Assembly: GCA_965208835.1 (NCBI GenBank)
Contig: OZ242358.1
Coordinates: 4,704,001 to 4,768,000, forward strand
Source of the DNA: Candidatus Latescibacterota bacterium
GTDB lineage: Bacteria > Latescibacterota > UBA2968 > GCA-2709665
DNA: 64,000 nucleotides
Reading direction: 5' to 3'
Positions 40,735-50,697 of this stretch are shown piece by piece; position 1 is the stretch's first letter; every line of letters starts with the position of its first letter. Under the pieces are notes generated by a model. The model saw only the letters and a program-made list of their open reading frames with translations. It ran no database searches and was not told the DNA's origin. The position numbers and the translations under genes were made by a program.

Positions 40735-41928
40735 CTATTGCCCTGGGAAAGCCACCGGTTTCTTGATCATCTGCTGCTTCAACAACTGCATTTCCCGCTG
40801 CAGACGGAGCACTTCCCGAAACAGGGCCTGGTTGCTTTCCTGCATGCTAAGCTGTGACGAGACCGCAAGCGCGTCATAACCGGCCGCTGGGAATTGACCA
40901 GGTTCTACCGAGAGTTCGCCCAACTCCACACGGGGGGTGTCGGGCTGTTCACCTCTCTTGATTTTAATGCGAACCTCGGTTCCCGGAGGTGTGGAAAGGA
41001 CGAGGCTCTTAAGATGCTCGGCGCTTTCCACCTGATGCTCCTGGAACGAAATGATTAGATCACCCCGGAGAATGCCTCTCTTCGACGCGGGGCCGTTCGG
41101 CGCAATGCTATCGACCCGGACGCCGTGATAATCGGGATCGTACTCTCCGGTTACACCCAGCCATCCGTATACCGTCTGTGAACCGTCCAGAAGGCGTTGG
41201 GCGACACGAATTGCGCGGTTGACAGGTACTACGAATACGAAGTTTGTCTCCTGCATCATTCGGGCGCCCGGAGCCCCTTCGGGCAGAATACCGGACAATG
41301 GATCGAGCAACGCCCAGACCAGGCCAAGAATCTTACCAGTACTGCAGAATACCGGTGCGCCGCCAAAACTGAGATGCACCGGTGCCGCAACGTGTATCAG
41401 GTCCTGCGCGCGGTCAACCTTGTAAACAACCCCAATCGAAGGAGTCAGGTTTCCGAAACTGTTGCCCAGGATAAACGCATAGTGACCGATGCGGACCCTG
41501 TCGGAATTCCCGATAGCAATCGGTTTCAGCCCCTCGGCGTCAACCCGGATGACTGCTACTTCCGAAACCGGATCCGATGCGACGAAACGGGCGGGGAGAC
41601 GATGCCCCGTATCCAGGGTTACCCAGATTTCCTCGGCGTCTTTAACGGCACGAAGGACCGTGACGATGGTACCACTCGAATCCAGAACAAACCCGGTGCC
41701 ATGCATGAATCCCTTGCCGTACTGAAGCCCTTCCACGGCCCCTGTCTGGGTATAGCTAGCATGAATGCGGACGACGCCGGCCCGGTTCTTTTCCAGAATC
41801 TCGGCTCTTTCTTCTTCGATTCCTTTGAGCACGCTACCGGCACGGCAATCCGTCGCACCCGGACCGGACAAAAGGATTCCCACAACTATGGGAACCGTCC
41901 ACAGCGTTTTAGACCGTTTTGCTTTCAT
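40735..41928 (-). CDS. HtrA/DegP-like trypsin+PDZ protein, catalytic triad degenerate
   Basis: Signal peptide, GTGFVL, IGNSDRVRIG, GWLGV, GPA...GI..GDLI PDZ; His/Asp/Ser positions read R/E/G. Confidence 0.85.
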   Translation of the reverse strand: MKAKRSKTLWTVPIVVGILLSGPGATDCRAGSVLKGIEEERAEILEKNRAGVVRIHASYTQTGAVEGLQYGKGFMHGTGFVLDSSGTIVTVLRAVKDAEEIWVTLDTGHRLPARFVASDPVSEVAVIRVDAEGLKPIAIGNSDRVRIGHYAFILGNSFGNLTPSIGVVYKVDRAQDLIHVAAPVHLSFGGAPVFCSTGKILGLVWALLDPLSGILPEGAPGARMMQETNFVFVVPVNRAIRVAQRLLDGSQTVYGWLGVTGEYDPDYHGVRVDSIAPNGPASKRGILRGDLIISFQEHQVESAEHLKSLVLSTPPGTEVRIKIKRGEQPDTPRVELGELSVEPGQFPAAGYDALAVSSQLSMQESNQALFREVLRLQREMQLLKQQMIKKPVAFPGQ

Positions 41929-41961
41929 TGTTCTCGTAGGCTTTCTCTCCCGAAAGTTTCA

Positions 41962-42564
41962 CTAAAAAGACACCCGGCGCACGTTGGCCATGTGCCTGCC
42001 CGGCCGCGTGCGCACCGTTGACGCGGCCTTTGCGGAATCCGCCCGGCCTGCCAGGTAAGCTTGCTGTGAAACCGGATTGTACGTTTTCCGGGGCAGCATC
42101 TTCAGCGCCCCGCGCAGGTCCGCGGCAGGAAACGTTGAAGACGCTGGCGCAACCAGCGTCATCTGGTGTACACGATCCGTGGTGACCGCGCGCGTTGTCG
42201 GCGCCTCGTCCAGCCCCGTGGTCATGCCAAGCGCGATCAGCACGACGGCCGCGGCCGTTGCGAACGCTCTTGGCATGGTCGGAACGAATACGTCCGGCAG
42301 CCTGTTCCAGAACGAGGACTTTTGGGCCGCCTCCATCATCAGGCGGCTGCGCAATGCAAAATCGAATCCGGCGGACGGCCGTACGCGCGACATCCGGGCC
42401 AGCCGCCCGGTAAGGTCCCTGACCCCTTCCAGCGAACTGGCGCAGGTGGGGCATTCTTCCAGGTGGCGATCCATCTGCGTCTTCTTTGCGCCTGCTACCT
42501 CGTCTTCGAGATAGGCCGATAATCGGGCCGCAAACTCACCGCAAGTTATGTGACCCTTACCCAT
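41962..42564 (-). CDS. Zinc-finger (zf-HC2/ZAS) anti-sigma factor with TM helix
   Basis: LSAYLEDE...HLEECPTC; hydrophobic AFATAAAVVLIALG; RBS GGAGGAG. Confidence 0.85.
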   Translation of the reverse strand: MGKGHITCGEFAARLSAYLEDEVAGAKKTQMDRHLEECPTCASSLEGVRDLTGRLARMSRVRPSAGFDFALRSRLMMEAAQKSSFWNRLPDVFVPTMPRAFATAAAVVLIALGMTTGLDEAPTTRAVTTDRVHQMTLVAPASSTFPAADLRGALKMLPRKTYNPVSQQAYLAGRADSAKAASTVRTRPGRHMANVRRVSF

Positions 42565-42632
42565 ATATCTCCTCCAATGGTTCCATTTCAATTTACGAAT
42601 GCCCGTGTGTTTCGGAAGACGGGGTAACGCTG

Positions 42633-43238
42633 TCAGATCGCCAGCCCCACGTCCCTTCCCTCATTTTTCAGCTTCTGCTGCAATTTCAGTCGGGCCCTGT
42701 TCACGCGAGACTTTACCGTCCCCACCGGACACCGGCTGATCTCTGCAATCTCCTGGTAGGACAGCCCTTCAACGTCTCGAAGCAGGATGACCTGCCGGTA
42801 GTTTTCCGACAGAGACATGATCGCCCGATGAATCTGCACATCCGCGATCGAAGATTCCGTAATTCGATCGGGCCGGTAGGACTCGTCCGGCAATTCCATC
42901 CCCGTATCGCTCTCTTCATCCCGGTGAAGCGGAAACAGCCGCCAGCGTTTTCGACGTCTTAACTCGCTTTTGGCCAGGTTGCCGGCAATGGTAAACAGCC
43001 AGGTGGAGAAGTTCGCAATTGCCCGATATTCATTCCGCTTTCTATAAGCCCTGAGAAATGCCTCCTGAACGATATCTTCGGCGGTCTCCCGGTCTCCGAC
43101 AAATCGAAATACAAAATTGTAAAGCCTTCCTCTGTAACGATTTACAATCTTCCCATAAGCTTCGATGTCGCCGTTGGCAACATCAGTGAGAATATCGACA
43201 TCCGACGCTGCTCCGTTATCCGTGTTGACCATAAGCAT
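42633..43238 (-). CDS. ECF RNA polymerase sigma factor (RpoE/SigW-like)
   Basis: AEDIVQEAF, FSTWLFTIA, LSYQEIA, GTVKSRVNRAR. Confidence 0.92.
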   Translation of the reverse strand: MLMVNTDNGAASDVDILTDVANGDIEAYGKIVNRYRGRLYNFVFRFVGDRETAEDIVQEAFLRAYRKRNEYRAIANFSTWLFTIAGNLAKSELRRRKRWRLFPLHRDEESDTGMELPDESYRPDRITESSIADVQIHRAIMSLSENYRQVILLRDVEGLSYQEIAEISRCPVGTVKSRVNRARLKLQQKLKNEGRDVGLAI

Positions 43239-43320
43239 GGTCTTTCCCCCCTTTCACCTGCTACACCCTCGGGAATGGGGTATACATAACCCACAATCCA
43301 GACAACCGCCTAACGCCCAT

Positions 43321-43347
43321 TAAACCCTCTGGATTGAGAAAGGTTCC
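43321..43347 (-). promoter_or_regulatory. Candidate ECF autoregulatory promoter
   Basis: Minus strand GGAACC-16bp-GTTTA upstream of the ECF gene. Confidence 0.35.
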
Positions 43348-43516
43348 CGAAAAGCGAAAAATCGGAGCCGGTGCCCGGAACAAAGCCAACTTACACCTTG
43401 AAAGCGCTCGAAGACAGGATTGGCAGATCAAAAGATCCAAGGCTGGCAGTCCGTTGACGATAATTATCACTAAAGAAAACAGTCGAATAACCACGCCCTC
43501 GATCCGGTTTCTCCGC

Positions 43517-43544
43517 TTGACTTCCGCTTTGGATGTGGTATAAT
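43517..43544 (+). promoter_or_regulatory. Sigma70-like promoter for acs
   Basis: TTGACT-16bp-TATAAT with TG extension. Confidence 0.65.
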
Positions 43545-43616
43545 TATAGCCGCTCCATCTAGGAATTGCAAGACCTGCTTTTAGAAGCTGTTTTAATCCG
43601 AAAGAAGGGGTTTTCA

Positions 43617-45617
43617 ATGGCGGCATATCCAGACCGGACTCTCGAGCAGGGCGGACGATATATCCCGCCCCGGGACCTCAGCACGCAAGCCCATGTAGGT
43701 AGTTTCGATGAATACCAGCGGCGGTATCGGGAATCCATAAGAGACGTCGAAGCATTCTGGGCGGACGTGGCGGAAGACTTCCACTGGTTCAGAAAATGGG
43801 ACAATGTCCGCGCGTATAACTACAACGTCGACGAGGGTCCTGTTTCCATCAGATGGTTCGAAGGGGCGAAGACGAGCATTGTCTACAATTGTCTGGACCG
43901 CCACCTCGAAACGCGCGGGGATCAGCTTGCGATCATCTGGGAAGGCAACGAACCGGGTGAAGACGGCAGGCTAACCTACCGGGAACTCCATCGGCAGGTC
44001 TGCAAGTTCGCCAACGTGCTGAAGTCACGCGGGGTGAAGAAAGGAGACCGCGTTTCCATTTACATGCCAATGATCCCCGAACTGGCGATCGCTATGCTCG
44101 CCTGCGCCAGGATCGGCGCCGTTCACTCCATCGTCTTCGGCGGTTTTTCCGCGGATGCGCTTGCCGACCGCATTGTCGATTCCACCTGCCAGGTTGTGAT
44201 TACGACCGACGGCATGTTTCGGGGCGACAGACCGATGGAGCGCAAGGCATTTGCCGATAACGCCATTGCGAATGCCGATGGACGCATGGACGGAAGAACC
44301 GTAGATACCTGCATCGTCGTCCGTCGGGTGGGCGAACATGCGGACATTTCCTGCCCCATGCAGGAGGGCAGGGACATCTGGTGGCACGACGCGATGGAAA
44401 ACGCCAGCCCGGATTGTCCCTGTGAGGAAATGGACGCCGAAGACCCGCTTTACATCCTTTATACGTCTGGGTCGACGGGGAAACCCAAAGGGGTGCAGCA
44501 CAACGTGGCCGGCTATATGGTTTACACCGCCTACACCCACAAGAACATCTTCGACTACCACGATGGCGACATCTACTTCTGTGCCGCCGACATCGGCTGG
44601 GTTACCGGACATTCGTACATCATCTACGGACCGTTGGCAAACGGCGCGACGACGGTTATGTTCGAAAGCACCCCCGTGTATCCGGATCCGGGGCGTTACT
44701 GGCAGGTTATCGATAAATACAAAGTCAATCAGTTCTATACGGCCCCCACGGCGATCCGGGCGGTTGCAAAAGAGGGAGAAGCGTGGCCGGCCAAATACAA
44801 CCTTTCGTCTCTGAAGCTTCTGGGGACCGTTGGCGAACCGATCAACCCGGAAGCCTGGCTATGGTACCACAACAACGTGGGTAGAGGCCGCTGCCCGATC
44901 GTCGACACATGGTGGCAAACCGAGACCGGCGGCATCCTCATCACACCGCTTCCTGGCGCAACGGCCACGAAGCCCGGCTCTGCGACCTTTCCGTTCTTCG
45001 GCATAAAACCCGTCGTACTCGATCCGGAGTCCGGCACCGAACTGGACGGCAACGACGTCAGCGGCGTACTGGCGATCGCGGAGCCATGGCCGGGGCAGAT
45101 GCGCACGGTTTACGGCGACCACAAACGTTTCGAGGAAACGTACTTCCATCAATACAAGGGATACTATTTCACCGGAGACGGCTGCCGCAGAGACGAAGAC
45201 GGCTATTACTGGATCACCGGGCGGGTGGATGACGTCATCAATATCTCCGGGCACCGCATGGGCACCGCCGAAGTCGAGTCCGCCCTTGTCTCTCACGACG
45301 GCGTGGCCGAAGCCGCCGTCGTGGGCTTCCCCCACGAAATCAAGGGTCAGGGTATCTACGCCTATGTAACACTGAACGTCGGCGTGGAATACATCGATGC
45401 ATTGAAGGACGAACTGAAGGCATGGGTTCGAAAAGAGATCGGTCCTATCGCCACACCTGACGTCATCCATTGGGCGCCGGGATTGCCCAAGACGCGGTCC
45501 GGCAAGATTATGCGCCGTATCCTGCGGAAAATTGCCGCCGACGATACCGGCGATCTCGGTGACACGTCAACGCTCGCGGAACCGGCGGTCGTGGATCAGC
45601 TCCTGGAGAATCGCTAG
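43617..45617 (+). CDS. acs: Acetate--CoA ligase (acetyl-CoA synthetase)
   Basis: [52 protein letters not shown]. Confidence 0.96.
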   Translation: MAAYPDRTLEQGGRYIPPRDLSTQAHVGSFDEYQRRYRESIRDVEAFWADVAEDFHWFRKWDNVRAYNYNVDEGPVSIRWFEGAKTSIVYNCLDRHLETRGDQLAIIWEGNEPGEDGRLTYRELHRQVCKFANVLKSRGVKKGDRVSIYMPMIPELAIAMLACARIGAVHSIVFGGFSADALADRIVDSTCQVVITTDGMFRGDRPMERKAFADNAIANADGRMDGRTVDTCIVVRRVGEHADISCPMQEGRDIWWHDAMENASPDCPCEEMDAEDPLYILYTSGSTGKPKGVQHNVAGYMVYTAYTHKNIFDYHDGDIYFCAADIGWVTGHSYIIYGPLANGATTVMFESTPVYPDPGRYWQVIDKYKVNQFYTAPTAIRAVAKEGEAWPAKYNLSSLKLLGTVGEPINPEAWLWYHNNVGRGRCPIVDTWWQTETGGILITPLPGATATKPGSATFPFFGIKPVVLDPESGTELDGNDVSGVLAIAEPWPGQMRTVYGDHKRFEETYFHQYKGYYFTGDGCRRDEDGYYWITGRVDDVINISGHRMGTAEVESALVSHDGVAEAAVVGFPHEIKGQGIYAYVTLNVGVEYIDALKDELKAWVRKEIGPIATPDVIHWAPGLPKTRSGKIMRRILRKIAADDTGDLGDTSTLAEPAVVDQLLENR

Positions 45618-45641
45618 CAATCGGAATTGATTGCGCAAATA

Positions 45642-45669
45642 CAAGAGGGAGCCTTCCGGCTCCCTCTTG
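45642..45669 (+). terminator. Stem-loop after acs
   Basis: CAAGAGGGAGCC-ttcc-GGCTCCCTCTTG. Confidence 0.6.
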
Positions 45670-45677
45670 ACATTTAT

Positions 45678-46439
45678 ATGGAAAAGGTCCCGCTCTCCAT
45701 GACCGCCCTGCCCCGGAAATCCGTGCTTCTGCTCTCCGGAGGGATGGATTCCACCACGCTGCTCTGGTGGATGCGAGACCGTGGTATTTCAGAGATCCAC
45801 ACTGTTTCGATCGACTATGGCCAGCGCCACGCTGTTGAGCTCGAATTCAGCTCAAGCCTTTCCAGGTTGGCCGATGCGGACTCCCACCGCTGTTTCAAGG
45901 TCGATCTCCGGCAGATCGGCGGGAATCCCCTCACGGAAATCGGGTGCCCCGTTCCCACGGCGGAACAGGATCAACAGACGCTGACCGTCGTGCCTTTCCG
46001 CAACCTGCTCTTCGTCACGGTAGCAGCCGCCTGGGCAGAGATGAGGGGCTGCAATGATCTCTTTCTCTCGCCAGTGCGGGACGATTTTCAGATCTACCGG
46101 GACTGCCGCCGCGAATTTTACGACATGCTGGAAAAAACCCTGTGCCTGGGCGCCACGCGGCAGACCGACTACCGTGTTCATACCCCGTTTGTGGAGAAAT
46201 GGAAAGACGAAATCGTGAGCATGGGCCTGGACCTGGGGGTGCCCTACGCAGAGACCCACACCTGCTATGAAGGCAGACGCCCCGCCTGCGGCCGTTGCGA
46301 CGCTTGCGTGGAACGCATCAATGCCTTTCGGGCCAATCGCACCGCGGATCCCCTGGCTTACGAAATCGACGTCGACTGGACAACGTCCCGGCCGCCGCAT
46401 CAACGACCGGCCCGCGGGACGACCTCTCGAACCGATTAG
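45678..46439 (+). CDS. queC: 7-cyano-7-deazaguanine synthase (start 45678 or 45699)
   Basis: LSGGMDS, YGQRH, VPFRN, YRDCR, TCY...CGRCDAC. Confidence 0.92.
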   Translation: MEKVPLSMTALPRKSVLLLSGGMDSTTLLWWMRDRGISEIHTVSIDYGQRHAVELEFSSSLSRLADADSHRCFKVDLRQIGGNPLTEIGCPVPTAEQDQQTLTVVPFRNLLFVTVAAAWAEMRGCNDLFLSPVRDDFQIYRDCRREFYDMLEKTLCLGATRQTDYRVHTPFVEKWKDEIVSMGLDLGVPYAETHTCYEGRRPACGRCDACVERINAFRANRTADPLAYEIDVDWTTSRPPHQRPARGTTSRTD

Positions 46440-47485
46440 GCGTTCTTCAATGCGGTCACGGTGTCGATGAGACGCCGGTCCGCATTGTATCGGAGCTGGA
46501 GTATGTGAACGAGCTTCTCGGGACTGGCGTCCCGGGACGTCAACCGATAGACCTCAAGTCTGTCCGCCAGTGCGTTTATCACCATATCGAGCAGGATGAG
46601 ATCCGATGCATCGTCCTCGACCATACACTCGTCGGCCAGCACGCGGCGAACCACCTTCAGGCGATCCCGCAACGCTTCCTCGTCTATCTCGTCGACCTTT
46701 TTCCGACTGACCAGCGGGGTGGAAAGCGTCGCCAGAAAACCGTCGCTCAGGTATTTTCGGGCTTTTTCTTCAGTCCAGGTGTCCGCCAGGATTTCCATGA
46801 CGGACTGTGGGATCCGCTCAGCCCGCTCCCGGCTTTCCGCGCCCCCCCCACCGTCGTTCTGACGACGGGGCTGTCGGCGCCGTCTCGTCCGGCGTTGTTC
46901 CTGTGAAGCGCCTCTGGCGGGAGACTCCTGCGTCCTTTCAGCCGTGGCTTCCGAGGGCGCGCCCGCTGCCGAATCGGGTGGTGAAGGCGCTGCGGCCTCC
47001 GTGGTCTCCGCTGCAGGCTCCACAACGGATTCACTGGCGTTCGCCGGCTCAGGGGGCGTGGCTCCCTCAGCAGCCGTTTCTGACGGCTCCTCCGTCTTTT
47101 CAGCCTCTTTCCCGGTTTGATTCTGCTGCTTGTCTCCCGTTTTCGCGCGTGTCGTGGGCTTCGCGGATTTTGTCGATGCCCTCGTCCGTTTCGCGGGCCG
47201 TCGGGATATCACGCGCTTCTCAGGAACCTCCGCTGTTTTCCCGGTTGACTCATCTGCGTCTTCCGGGGCGTCGGCGTCGGGTGTCTCCTTCTTTTCATCC
47301 ACCGATGCTGCCCGGCTTCGAGTTGTCCTTGCCGGTTTTTTGCTGCCGGCCCGAGTACGCCTGGCGGGCCGCCGTGACACCACGCGTCTTTCGGAGCCCT
47401 TGGCTTCTTCCTTCTTCTCCCCGTCCGGGGATTCGGAAACGGGTTGCTCGTTCTCCTCGGTTGGGGAATCCTGAATAACGTCCAT
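46436..47485 (-). CDS. Hypothetical protein: long disordered charged N-terminus plus helical C-terminal domain
   Basis: RBS GGGAGG before ATG 47485; E/A/P/R/K/S-rich; duplicated (K/R)RV(V/I)SRRPA(R/K)RTRA. Confidence 0.7.
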   Translation of the reverse strand: MDVIQDSPTEENEQPVSESPDGEKKEEAKGSERRVVSRRPARRTRAGSKKPARTTRSRAASVDEKKETPDADAPEDADESTGKTAEVPEKRVISRRPAKRTRASTKSAKPTTRAKTGDKQQNQTGKEAEKTEEPSETAAEGATPPEPANASESVVEPAAETTEAAAPSPPDSAAGAPSEATAERTQESPARGASQEQRRTRRRRQPRRQNDGGGGAESRERAERIPQSVMEILADTWTEEKARKYLSDGFLATLSTPLVSRKKVDEIDEEALRDRLKVVRRVLADECMVEDDASDLILLDMVINALADRLEVYRLTSRDASPEKLVHILQLRYNADRRLIDTVTALKNA

Positions 47486-47812
47486 ATACCTCCCTTCGGG
47501 CCGCAGACGAAGCATTACCGGCCGTTTCGTCTCCAACCCTCCTCAACATTTAACCTGCCCGATAACATCAAGGCGACGCACTAACCTTGATTCGTAGTTT
47601 TTCGGGAACGTAAAACCGAATATATGCAAGTTGATACAGGCGATTCGGCTTCGGATTACCAGAATACACCGGGTCACTGGACGTGAACTGAAAAAACGTC
47701 CTTTTGGACTACCCTTACGCCCCGTTTCAGGGGATCTTGGTCGCGCCGTCGCGTTGCTGTTTTTTTGGAATTGGAGCTAATATAAGCAAATATGATGATG
47801 ATTTACCAGACG

Positions 47813-47842
47813 AAAAAAGGCCGGCCGTTATCGGCCGACCTT
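47813..47842 (-). terminator. Intrinsic terminator of groESL
   Basis: Minus strand AAGGTCGGCCG-ataa-CGGCCGGCC followed by T6. Confidence 0.7.
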
Positions 47843-47868
47843 CGAACAGCTGCCCGATGTAACGGCCA

Positions 47869-49497
47869 TTAAAAGTGATCGTGACCGTGGCCGTGACCCT
47901 GGGGCTCTTTTTCTTCTTCCGGAACTTCCGTTACCAGTGCCTCCGTTGTCAGCAGAAGCCCGGCGATGCTCGCCGCATTCTCAACCGCGGAACGCACGAC
48001 CTTGGTGGGATCCGCCACGCCGGATTCGATCAGGTCTTCGTAGGTTTCGGTAAGCGCGTTGAACCCGAAGGCGCCATCTCCCTCCTTCACCCGCTGCACA
48101 ACAAGGCTGCCTTCGTGGCCCGCGTTATCGGCAATTTTCCTGAGCGGCGCCTCCAGCGCCTTGTTCAGAAGGTCCACGCCCGTTTTCTGATCTCCGCGAA
48201 CCCGGCTGCGCACCGTATCCAGCGACGACATACACCGCACGAGGGCGACGCCGCCACCAGGAACGATGCCTTCCTCCACGGCCGCCCGGGTCGCGTGCAG
48301 GGCATCTTCCACCCTCGCCTTTTTCTCCTTCATTTCGGTTTCGGTCGCGGCGCCGACGTTCACCACGGCCACTCCGCCGGCAAGCTTTGCGAGCCGCTCC
48401 TGAAGTTTTTCCCTGTCGTAGTCCGAGGTCGTTTCCTCGATCTGCATGCGGATCTGGCTGACACGCCCCTGTATGTCGTCGGTTGCGCCGGCGCCTTCGA
48501 CGATTGTCGTATTGTCCTTGTCGATCACGATCCGCTTGGCCTGCCCAAGATCGTCGAGTTGGATATTCTCCAGTTTTATGCCCAGATCTTCCGAAATCAC
48601 TCTACCGCCGGTGAGAATGGCAATATCCGCAAGCATCTCGTTCCGTCTGTCGCCGTATCCGGGAGCCTTCACCGCCGCCGCTTTAATGGTCCCCCGGACT
48701 TTGTTCACGACAAATGTTGCAAGCGCCTCACCCTCAACGTCTTCGGCGATCACCAGCAGCGCCCTGCCCGTTTGAGCCGTCTTCTCAAGCAAAGGCAGAA
48801 GGTCTTTCATGTTAGACAGTTTCTTCTCGTAGATGAGGAGGTAGGCATCTTCCAGAGCCGCTTCCATGTTGTCCTGGTCGGTCACGAAGTACGGTGAAAT
48901 ATATCCCCGGTCGAACTGCATGCCTTCTACGACGTCGAGCGTCGTCTCTATCGACTTGGCCTCCTCGACCGTAATCGTACCGTCTTTACCCACCTTTTCC
49001 ATGGAATCCGCAATTATGTCACCAATGCCACTGTCGTTGTTGGCTGAGATCGTCGCCACCTGCGCGATTTCTCTTCGACCCGTGACTTCCTGTGACTGTT
49101 TCTTCAAAGCCGAGGTCACGGCCGACACACCCTGATCGATTCCCCGCTTGATATCCATGGGATTGGCGCCAGCCGTTACGTTCTTGAGGCCCTCGCGGTA
49201 AATGGCCTCCGCCAGTACCGTTGCCGTGGTGGTGCCGTCGCCTGCCACGTCGGAGGTCTTGGAGGCGACTTCCTTCACCATCTGAGCGCCCATATTCTCG
49301 TAAGGGTCCGGCAGTTCGATCTCCTTGGCCACCGTTACCCCGTCTTTGGTAACGGTAGGCGAACCCCACTTCTTGCCCAGAACCACATTTCGCCCGCGCG
49401 GGCCCAGCGTGGCCTTGACTGCCTTGCTCAGAATGTCCACACCGTCCAAAACCTTTGACCGGGCGTCGATCCCGTAGCTCAGTTGCTTGGCTGGCAT
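47869..49497 (-). CDS. groEL: Chaperonin GroEL (His-rich C-terminus)
   Basis: [42 protein letters not shown]. Confidence 0.98.
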   Translation of the reverse strand: MPAKQLSYGIDARSKVLDGVDILSKAVKATLGPRGRNVVLGKKWGSPTVTKDGVTVAKEIELPDPYENMGAQMVKEVASKTSDVAGDGTTTATVLAEAIYREGLKNVTAGANPMDIKRGIDQGVSAVTSALKKQSQEVTGRREIAQVATISANNDSGIGDIIADSMEKVGKDGTITVEEAKSIETTLDVVEGMQFDRGYISPYFVTDQDNMEAALEDAYLLIYEKKLSNMKDLLPLLEKTAQTGRALLVIAEDVEGEALATFVVNKVRGTIKAAAVKAPGYGDRRNEMLADIAILTGGRVISEDLGIKLENIQLDDLGQAKRIVIDKDNTTIVEGAGATDDIQGRVSQIRMQIEETTSDYDREKLQERLAKLAGGVAVVNVGAATETEMKEKKARVEDALHATRAAVEEGIVPGGGVALVRCMSSLDTVRSRVRGDQKTGVDLLNKALEAPLRKIADNAGHEGSLVVQRVKEGDGAFGFNALTETYEDLIESGVADPTKVVRSAVENAASIAGLLLTTEALVTEVPEEEKEPQGHGHGHDHF

Positions 49498-49629
49498 TTT
49501 TGTCCTCCTGTAAACGCTAGTGAATGATAGCTCGTTGGATCCGGATCCATGGGCGACATTTCCGGCTCGTAATCGCCCGTCCCCATCTTAAAGGGATTGA
49601 CTCACGATTTCCATGTCACGCCGGATTCT

Positions 49630-49920
49630 CTATTCAAGAATACCCAAAATGTCGTCTTCAGAAGCAATCACCAGTTCTTCTCCGTCGACCTCGACCTCAT
49701 TCCCCGCATACTGGCCGATCAGAACGCGATTGCCCGCATTTACCGACACCGGTATCGGATCGCCCGTCTTGTCATTGACTTTCCCGGGACCCACCGCGAC
49801 CACTTCGGCTTCGAGAGGTTTTTCTTTGGCCGTGTCGGGAATGATGATGCCGCCGTGAACCTGTTCGTCCGCTTCAATCCGCCTGAGAAGCACCCGGTCG
49901 GCCAGAGGCTTCACCGTCAT
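49630..49920 (-). CDS. groES: Co-chaperonin GroES
   Basis: KPLADRV, GGIIIPDTAKEKP, VVAVGPG; RBS GGAGG. Confidence 0.97.
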   Translation of the reverse strand: MTVKPLADRVLLRRIEADEQVHGGIIIPDTAKEKPLEAEVVAVGPGKVNDKTGDPIPVSVNAGNRVLIGQYAGNEVEVDGEELVIASEDDILGILE

Positions 49921-49986
49921 CCGCCCCTCCTTCACGAGAATATAACTCACATTAACTTATTAAATTATATATATTTTCGCCAACAA

Positions 49987-50013
49987 TTAGCACTCAAAAC
50001 AATCGAGTGCTAA
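49987..50013. promoter_or_regulatory. CIRCE operator (HrcA site)
   Basis: Perfect TTAGCACTC-N9-GAGTGCTAA; minus-strand promoter TTGCGC-17-TATATT at 50021-50049. Confidence 0.96.
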
Positions 50014-50147
50014 CAGCACCAATATACATGCTTCGGCTTCCTGGCGCAAGGACAAATTCCGCAGAATAAGAAAAAGCGCATTACGAATTGTAATGCGCCT
50101 CGGGCAATATCGGGTGCGTCTGCTAATGCATGTCCGCAATGGTCCTC

Positions 50148-50624
50148 TTATGGTATGGATCGCTTCAGCTGTTGTTTCTTTCGCGCGATCCGTTTCTCCA
50201 GGTGCTCTATTTCAGCCTCCAGGAGTTCGGGACGATCCAGATCGTCATCTTCTTCAGGCGCCGGCGGCTGTTCCGACGGCAGGCCGGCGTCCGCCCAGTC
50301 CTCGTACCCGCCGGCCATCGAAATCACCCGCGCATAACCCAATTCCTTCAACGCATCCGCAGCCAGAAGCGAACGCACTCCGCCGGCGCAATACACCACC
50401 ACTTCCCGGGACTTGTCCGGAATGGAGGATTCAGCCTCAGCTTCGAGACGGCCTCGCGGAATGTGAACCGCTCCCCGCAGATGACCCGACTCCCATTCAT
50501 CCATTTCGCGCACATCCAGCAGAACCGGGCTCGCACCGCTTTCCAGATGATTGTGAACCTCCTGCACGCTCATCTCCGGAATCACGCCGCGGGCCTCACT
50601 CAACAGGTCATCTCGGGATTTCAT
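50148..50624 (-). CDS. Rhodanese-domain protein with C-terminal coiled coil
   Basis: LLDVRE..EW..GHL.GA, YCAGGVRS, GGYEDW; RBS AGGAG. Confidence 0.85.
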   Translation of the reverse strand: MKSRDDLLSEARGVIPEMSVQEVHNHLESGASPVLLDVREMDEWESGHLRGAVHIPRGRLEAEAESSIPDKSREVVVYCAGGVRSLLAADALKELGYARVISMAGGYEDWADAGLPSEQPPAPEEDDDLDRPELLEAEIEHLEKRIARKKQQLKRSIP

Positions 50625-50697
50625 CGCCTGAAAGCTCCTATGCGTTGTATTGGCCGGGTCTCTCATTGAACGGAGCTGACCCGACCGGCGTGGCGGT

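Noticed and set aside
31898-46439. queD + queC as a 7-deazaguanine DNA-modification (Dpd) system
   Set aside because: Genes are 13 kb apart and no dpdA/tgt-like gene is present; ordinary queuosine/pterin synthesis suffices
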